64,000 nucleotides of DNA from positions 1 through 64,000 of the IMG/VR virus record IMGVR_UViG_3300033075_001437. The stretch is one strand, 5' to 3'. The position numbers were made by a program, and so were the translations under genes. Below the pieces are notes generated by a model. The model was not told where the DNA came from. It was given only the letters and a program-made list of their open reading frames with translations, and did no database searches. This document shows, piece after piece, positions 58,529 to 64,000 of the stretch. This DNA is from a virus (lineage: Duplodnaviria > Caudoviricetes). Each line of letters begins with the position of its first letter. Positions within the stretch are counted from its first letter, which is position 1.

Positions 58529-58558
58529 TTATTTCACCTTTTTCTCATTTATATTTAT

Positions 58559-58909
58559 ATGGCTAAAACTTTTGAAAAGTCAAAACAAATGAAAACTGAA
58601 AATGATAATTTCAAACAATATAGTAAATACGATTATAAAGGTTTACAAAAAGAAATAGAAGCTGATATAATAAGACATAAAGACAAGTTTGATTTTAAAG
58701 AAATATTGAGTTCAATATTATCAAGATATTCTGATACAATATTGAACAATAGTTTGCATCATCAAACATTCTTGATATCTAAAATAGCAGAATCACATGA
58801 GGAACTTGACAACTCTCTAAAAAATGAAGCAAGATCGCTATCAAAAGTAAGTTCATTATCAGCAGAAATAAAAAAATTATCAAATAAATTGGACAAAAAT
58901 GATAAATGA
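58559..58909 (+). CDS. Hypothetical protein
   Basis: ATG 58559, 116 aa, coiled-coil C-terminus. Confidence 0.55.
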   Translation: MAKTFEKSKQMKTENDNFKQYSKYDYKGLQKEIEADIIRHKDKFDFKEILSSILSRYSDTILNNSLHHQTFLISKIAESHEELDNSLKNEARSLSKVSSLSAEIKKLSNKLDKNDK

Positions 58910-59162
58910 TAAAGATGTATTAATATCAATAATAATTGACAATATTAAAAAATCAACATCTCTATTAATTGAAAAACAAGGAAGAGATACTATAAAAATT
59001 TATGCGAAAACACATTATATAGATATTCACGTCTGTTCTATAAGATTATTTGAAACTTATCTTGGCATATTGCGTGTTTATAAACACAATGTGACTAATA
59101 TAGATTATAGTGATTTAGATATGGACGAATTAATGCTCCATATTAAAAAGTTTGAAGAATAA
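58899..59162 (+). CDS. 'DDIL'-like family protein
   Basis: DKDVLISIIIDNIKK...IHVCSI pattern. Confidence 0.5.
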   Translation: MINDKDVLISIIIDNIKKSTSLLIEKQGRDTIKIYAKTHYIDIHVCSIRLFETYLGILRVYKHNVTNIDYSDLDMDELMLHIKKFEE

Positions 59163-59163
59163 A

Positions 59164-59391
59164 TCACCCTCCTGGTGAAACTGTAGCACGAACAGCGGCA
59201 TCTTTCGATTCCAATAACTTGCGTAAAGCCACAGTCCGCTCAGGCCCAGGTTCGATCAACGCACATAATGACACAGCTAATTCGTAAAACTTAGAAGAAA
59301 CCACTTTCAAATGATCAGGCAAATGTTCGAAAGCGAACCATTTCAACATTCTGTCTTCAACAACAACCGTTCCCATTTCATCGGATTCCAT
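59164..59391 (-). CDS. Small helical-hairpin protein, possible Acb2/Tad1-type anti-defence sponge
   Basis: WFAFEHLPDHLKVVS..F.ELA....PGPERTVALRKLLESKDAAVRA. Confidence 0.55.
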   Translation of the reverse strand: MESDEMGTVVVEDRMLKWFAFEHLPDHLKVVSSKFYELAVSLCALIEPGPERTVALRKLLESKDAAVRATVSPGG

Positions 59392-59538
59392 TGAACATCG
59401 GCTTTCGATAGGGTCACTTGCTATTACAACACCAGATTACCCTAATGGGCTATTCGCTAATTCGGTTAAAAGGTTAGTATGAACAATCGTAGCAGAACTA
59501 ATCTTATCGCAGCTACTAGACGGTTTCTTTTTTCATAA

Positions 59539-59925
59539 TTATGTAAAATGTTTTTTAGTATCTGGGCCTTTTTTATTTAATTTATCTTTTAAATAGTCAA
59601 CTTCACCAGGCTGTCTATATTGTGCGTATGGGTCTTCTTTAGTTAAATGATATTTGGACATATCTCTCTTGCAACCAGCGATGTCAAGATATCCATTTCC
59701 TGCGACATAACCTATAATTTCAAGACCGTGCATATACTTATAAGTATCATTAGAGCCGCATCTAGGGCATTTAGTTGTATTTAATAACTCATCCTCAGTG
59801 GGATGCATTTGATGTTTTGTTTCAAACACAGCGTCAATCATCATGAGATCTGAAAGCTCTTCAACAGCATGTTCAGATCTTAATTTGTTTTCGCAAACCT
59901 TACAAGCATAATTATACAGTGGCAT
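59539..59925 (-). CDS. FmdB-family zinc-ribbon protein
   Basis: MPLYNYACKVC ... CPRCGS. Confidence 0.8.
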   Translation of the reverse strand: MPLYNYACKVCENKLRSEHAVEELSDLMMIDAVFETKHQMHPTEDELLNTTKCPRCGSNDTYKYMHGLEIIGYVAGNGYLDIAGCKRDMSKYHLTKEDPYAQYRQPGEVDYLKDKLNKKGPDTKKHFT

Positions 59926-60328
59926 CTTCTATGATCACATATTTTACAGGGGTAGTTTTCAAAATCAATGATCGCTCTGACATAATAATTACTCTTTGAT
60001 CTTTATATACACCACTGTCAGTGTTAATCATATGGACAACTTGCCTATCATTAAACACGACAGTGTCTCCAACTTTAATATCAGATTTACATAATGAACT
60101 AACACCTACAACGATACCTTCATTTTTATATCCTTGATCATTAGATAACAATATACTACCAGCTGCCATTTTAAATTGAATAACAGCTATATAATCATTA
60201 TAACAAACTAAAGGCTTTATCGATATGATATCATTCTTGGTATAACTCTTATTCTCGACCAAAACAGTCTTTACGGTGCTGTTTTCATCCAATGCCTTTT
60301 CTTCTGCCAACAACGTTGCGCTTTTCAT
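59912..60328 (-). CDS. groES: Co-chaperonin GroES/gp31-like
   Basis: YNDYIAV, GSILL, GIVVGV, IKVGDTVVF, IIMSERSLI; likely start ATG 60328. Confidence 0.75.
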   Translation of the reverse strand: MKSATLLAEEKALDENSTVKTVLVENKSYTKNDIISIKPLVCYNDYIAVIQFKMAAGSILLSNDQGYKNEGIVVGVSSLCKSDIKVGDTVVFNDRQVVHMINTDSGVYKDQRVIIMSERSLILKTTPVKYVIIEDATV

Positions 60329-60341
60329 TTCATTCTTTCTA

Positions 60342-61664
60342 TTAGAGTTTTTCTTTAACCAACATTTTATCGTACTCAATCGTGCATTCTACAGTTTGAT
60401 TTTTAGGCCCATTTCTGTTTTTTGCAACGAACATTCTTAATTGTGCAGGTTTTTGTCTTGCTTCTGCGTCAGATTGATTTAAACTTATAACATAATCAAG
60501 AGGAAACTGCTTGCCGAAGCTCTCAGCAGCTTTTGTCATGTCAATGCTCTCACTGCCAGTAGAAGCGCCAGCTCTATTTGTTTGAGTGGCAGTAAAAATA
60601 AGAACATTCTCGTTTTTAGCCAACCCACGAACCTCAGTAGCTACGTGCTTTTGTCTCGTATAATCGTCAGAATTATAAGCGTCATGCCTGCTAACCATCA
60701 AATCCAAATAATCAAGTATTATGACATCAGGTTTCCAACCTTCCATGCGTTTTGTATTATCTATCAAGGAATATATATGGTTAACACTGCATTCATCTGG
60801 AGGGTATTCATATATCAATAATCTTTTATTATAAGTTGCTTTCATATTTTCCATGATTCTTTCAATATGTTCTTTATGATCGCTAACCGCATTGACTGGA
60901 ACAGCAGTTGTTATACCTAAACATCTTAGAGCAGTTTTAACAGTGTCTAATTCGAAAGTGACCAGCAGAACATTTTGGCCTATAGAACCCTCAGCACCCA
61001 TGCCTTTCAAAGATGCTATTGCATTATTACATAATAACATCGACTTTCCAGAGTTCGTTGGTGCTAGCCAGCAAACTACTTCTTTTGGTGATGGGCCTCC
61101 ATTGTTTAATATTTTGTCTAATTTAGGAAAACCAGTTGTTCTATGTTCAACAGACGATGGTTCTAACAAAAATTTGTAGTTCTCTAAGAACCAAAACCCT
61201 TTAGATCCAACATCTGCTATTCTATTGGCAGTATTTACTACTTCTTCAAGTTTACTGTAATCGCCACGATGATATGCTTCTATTGACTCTTCGCTATATA
61301 ATAAACCGAATGCTTTTATTTTGGCCCATTTCAATAGAGAATCTTTTACTATAGGCACTTCTCTTGGGTTCGATTTTTTATTAACTATATCTAATATGAT
61401 TTTATAGTCGCTGCTTGTGTCTAATTCAGATGTAATTTTATCTAATAATATATCCCTAGTAGGTATTACACTATAGCTTTCATAACAATTTAATATATGC
61501 GCTATAATATATCTACATTCATTTCTTGTAAACATCTCTGGCTTCATGAATCGGCCAACAGATGTAAAAAATTCTGGATGATCTATTGCTAATGATATTA
61601 TCGCTTCTTCTTCAAATTCGCTAAATTCTGATTTTTCTTTTATTAATTTATCGAATGTTCCCAT
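60342..61664 (-). CDS. Replicative DNA helicase, gp41/DnaB-like
   Basis: TTGFPKLD, APTNSGKS, VTFEL, ILDYLDLM, TATQTNR, AESFGK, KNRNG. Confidence 0.92.
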   Translation of the reverse strand: MGTFDKLIKEKSEFSEFEEEAIISLAIDHPEFFTSVGRFMKPEMFTRNECRYIIAHILNCYESYSVIPTRDILLDKITSELDTSSDYKIILDIVNKKSNPREVPIVKDSLLKWAKIKAFGLLYSEESIEAYHRGDYSKLEEVVNTANRIADVGSKGFWFLENYKFLLEPSSVEHRTTGFPKLDKILNNGGPSPKEVVCWLAPTNSGKSMLLCNNAIASLKGMGAEGSIGQNVLLVTFELDTVKTALRCLGITTAVPVNAVSDHKEHIERIMENMKATYNKRLLIYEYPPDECSVNHIYSLIDNTKRMEGWKPDVIILDYLDLMVSRHDAYNSDDYTRQKHVATEVRGLAKNENVLIFTATQTNRAGASTGSESIDMTKAAESFGKQFPLDYVISLNQSDAEARQKPAQLRMFVAKNRNGPKNQTVECTIEYDKMLVKEKL

Positions 61665-61963
61665 TATTCATCACATATAGTTTCGTTGTGTTGTTTTAAT
61701 TTATCATACATTCGTTTAGCGTAAGCTTCAGCTAGTATTGTTGCGTCGCAATAACTAACAAATTCGTCTTCTGAATAATATAATGTCGATTTGTTAACAG
61801 TTGAAACTCTATTAATAGAAGTATCTCTACTAAATGTCGTAGTGTACAACCATGTTGTGTTGTATATATGAATACCATTTACTCTTACAGCTTCTAAATG
61901 GCCAATCGCAGCCGATTCTCTCAGATAAACCAAACTGCCGATTGAAAATTTAGGCTGATTCAT
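61664..61963 (-). CDS. Hypothetical protein
   Basis: 99-aa ORF, TAATG-coupled to helicase. Confidence 0.65.
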   Translation of the reverse strand: MNQPKFSIGSLVYLRESAAIGHLEAVRVNGIHIYNTTWLYTTTFSRDTSINRVSTVNKSTLYYSEDEFVSYCDATILAEAYAKRMYDKLKQHNETICDE

Positions 61964-61967
61964 ATGA

Positions 61968-63116
61968 TCATTCTTCGATTGGGAAGTCTTCTAAAGAATC
62001 GTCATCAATTTCTTCTAGAATATCTTCTTGATCTATCATAGTATTTTTGACAGATATTTGTGAATATACTAATTTCTTTATTTCATCGAAAGTTTCTTTA
62101 TTTTGATTTAGAAATTTAGAAGCATTGCTTTCACCATTACCTAAAATAACATCATTATATCTATAATGACTACCATTTCTAGTAACCAATTTAAAATCAA
62201 CAGCTGTCTTTAATAAAGCAGAAGCTTCATCTATACCATATCTTCCATCTTGACCAACATATATAGTATATAACGCATTAGTAAATGGAGGTGCAACTTT
62301 ATTCTTGATAAAGCTTAATTTAGGAGTAAAACCGACAACTGTGTCACCATCTTTAAGCTGTGAACCTTTTGTTATTTTACATCTAACTGAAGAATAAAAT
62401 CTCAACGCTCTGCCGCCCGGCGTTGTTTCATTGTCACCAAACATCACTCCGATTTTTTCTCTAACTTGATTGACGAATAAAACAGTAGTGTCGCATGTGC
62501 TACATTTACCCTTCAAAGCATTCAATCCCTTGCTCATAAGCCTAGCTTGGTCACCTATAGTATTATCTGATATATCACCTTCAAGTTGTTTTTTAGGTAT
62601 TAAAGCAGCGACAGAATCCACAACAACCATATCTATAAGCTTAGATTGAACCAATGTTTTAATGATATCGAAAGCCTGATCACCATTATCAGGTTGTGAA
62701 ATAATCAATTTATTGATATCAACCCCAATCTTCGAAGCCCATTCTATATCAAGAGCATGCTCTGCATCTATAAATGCAACCACTCCGTATCGTTTCTTAT
62801 CTTCAAAATAATGTTTTTGGCAGGCTTTAATTAATTGCAGACACGTAGTTGTCTTACCACTACTTTCTGCGCCAAATATTTCAATTATTCTTCCTCTTGG
62901 TATTCCTCCGCATCCTATCGCTATGTCTATTGTTGGTATTCCTGTCGGTATAGATTTAATATTTAACACAGTATTATTCCTGCCTAAAATTATAGTCCCA
63001 TCTCCAAAATTTTGATCAACCATTTTTAACAATTCTTCTATATTATTAACCTGCGGTTGCTTTTTAACTTTAACAGAATCTTCTTGACCATCTTCAGTTT
63101 TCTTATTCTTTGCCAT
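61968..63116 (-). CDS. recA: Recombinase RecA (bacterial-type)
   Basis: GGIPRGRIIEIFGAESSGKTT, FIDAEHALD, VVDSVAAL, NQVREKIGVMFG, GGRALRFY, KNKVAPPF; likely start ATG 63116. Confidence 0.96.
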   Translation of the reverse strand: MAKNKKTEDGQEDSVKVKKQPQVNNIEELLKMVDQNFGDGTIILGRNNTVLNIKSIPTGIPTIDIAIGCGGIPRGRIIEIFGAESSGKTTTCLQLIKACQKHYFEDKKRYGVVAFIDAEHALDIEWASKIGVDINKLIISQPDNGDQAFDIIKTLVQSKLIDMVVVDSVAALIPKKQLEGDISDNTIGDQARLMSKGLNALKGKCSTCDTTVLFVNQVREKIGVMFGDNETTPGGRALRFYSSVRCKITKGSQLKDGDTVVGFTPKLSFIKNKVAPPFTNALYTIYVGQDGRYGIDEASALLKTAVDFKLVTRNGSHYRYNDVILGNGESNASKFLNQNKETFDEIKKLVYSQISVKNTMIDQEDILEEIDDDSLEDFPIEE

Positions 63117-63360
63117 CTCTAAACCTCCTAAAATCATTTAAAAAATCGATGTTATAACCTAAAACTTTAAAAACGTCTTTTGCCGGAATTTTAATTACAA
63201 CATTGTTTTTGCATAGCATTAACTCGTCATCGATTGCTGATGATACTATCCATGGCCCATCTGGTTTAACTTCATAATCAGGCGGTGCTGACAAATACGA
63301 AACATTCTTGGTAGTTAAAATTATAACCTGATCTAAAATTCCAATTCTATTAGTCATCAA
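63103..63360 (-). CDS. Hypothetical protein
   Basis: 85-aa ORF upstream of recA. Confidence 0.6.
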   Translation of the reverse strand: MMTNRIGILDQVIILTTKNVSYLSAPPDYEVKPDGPWIVSSAIDDELMLCKNNVVIKIPAKDVFKVLGYNIDFLNDFRRFRDGKE

Positions 63361-63380
63361 AATTAAAATGGAGTAAAATT

Positions 63381-63899
63381 ATGTTAGACACAAATGAAAA
63401 AACATTGGTCGAAGCTATCAAATCAATGCTAAATTCAGATGATGAAATAGGTTTAGCATTCCATAAAGATGATGAAGAAAACAGATCTGAAAGAGGTTAT
63501 GAATATCTACATAACAACATCGATCAACTAGTAGAATTAAAAACAGCAGAATTAACACATGCAACAAGTATTATGGCTGGGTTCAGAAAAGTACATGATT
63601 ATAAATACATTGATGACCCAACATTTAAAACAGCATTAAAAAAAGAAATGACAGCAATGGCTGTCCCAGCAGATGAAAGAGCTAAAATAGAAACTATTAT
63701 AGACAAAGTCATAGATGAAGTAAAAAACGAACAAAAAGAATGGTCAGAAAAAGATAGCGGTTTTAACCCGCACTTAGATGAAATAATAGATATGAGCAAA
63801 CCAGAACAACCTATAGAATGCGAAATTATTGATAGCGATTTAAATGATGAAAATGTAGAATTTGAACTTGGAGATGCATCGCCAGGGCATATGAACTAA
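63381..63899 (+). CDS. Hypothetical acidic protein
   Basis: 172 aa, GGAG RBS, CAAAATTA motif upstream. Confidence 0.7.
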   Translation: MLDTNEKTLVEAIKSMLNSDDEIGLAFHKDDEENRSERGYEYLHNNIDQLVELKTAELTHATSIMAGFRKVHDYKYIDDPTFKTALKKEMTAMAVPADERAKIETIIDKVIDEVKNEQKEWSEKDSGFNPHLDEIIDMSKPEQPIECEIIDSDLNDENVEFELGDASPGHMN

Positions 63900-64000
63900 A
63901 TTTTTGACACTATAGAAGCTAATGCTGAATTAATCTCTACAGTGGTGTTATTACATTCGACATACTTCTTAATTTGTTCTAATTCTATCTTTTTGAGCTT
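63896..64000 (-). CDS. 3' end of a gene entering from beyond the window
   Basis: Open frame KLKKIELEQIKKYVECNNTTVEINSALASIVSKI-stop. Confidence 0.5.
   Translation of the reverse strand, partial: KLKKIELEQIKKYVECNNTTVEINSALASIVSKI

Noticed and set aside
1-64000. Stop-codon reassignment as in some jumbo phages
   Set aside because: Conserved genes are full length in code 11 and TAA, TAG and TGA all end genes at sensible positions
63896-64000. Possible clamp-loader C-terminus
   Set aside because: Only 34 residues visible; resemblance too weak to call

Overview
AT-rich segment of a large T4-like (jumbo) myophage genome read in the standard code. It holds a head module (terminase small and large subunits, intein-containing portal, 973-aa acidic core protein, gp21-type prohead protease, scaffold, gp23 major capsid) and a gp6-like baseplate wedge. 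There is also a 2156-aa virion/fibre protein and a replication/recombination module (RecA, gp41-like helicase, UvsW, UvsY, gp32 SSB, RNase H/FEN, Holliday junction resolvase, NucS, a minimal divergent family-A polymerase). Other genes include a class II ribonucleotide reductase with three inteins, a sigma-70 factor, GroES, a degenerate tRNA-Thr and many sugar-modifying enzymes. Several accessory genes resemble Planctomycetota proteins, which suggests that host phylum (inference from remembered family resemblance, not from a search). Best candidates for new biology: (i) two tandem endonuclease-DNA methyltransferase fusions after the capsid terminator, one with its start codon abutting a perfect 26-bp hairpin; (ii) a GDP-fucose synthase/glycosyltransferase run coupled to UvsW and a polymerase with altered active-site residues; (iii) a secreted peptide with eight Cys-His repeats; (iv) a sawtooth strand-composition skew that appears to reset at a candidate late promoter motif. 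All calls are by-eye motif recognition; no database searches were run.
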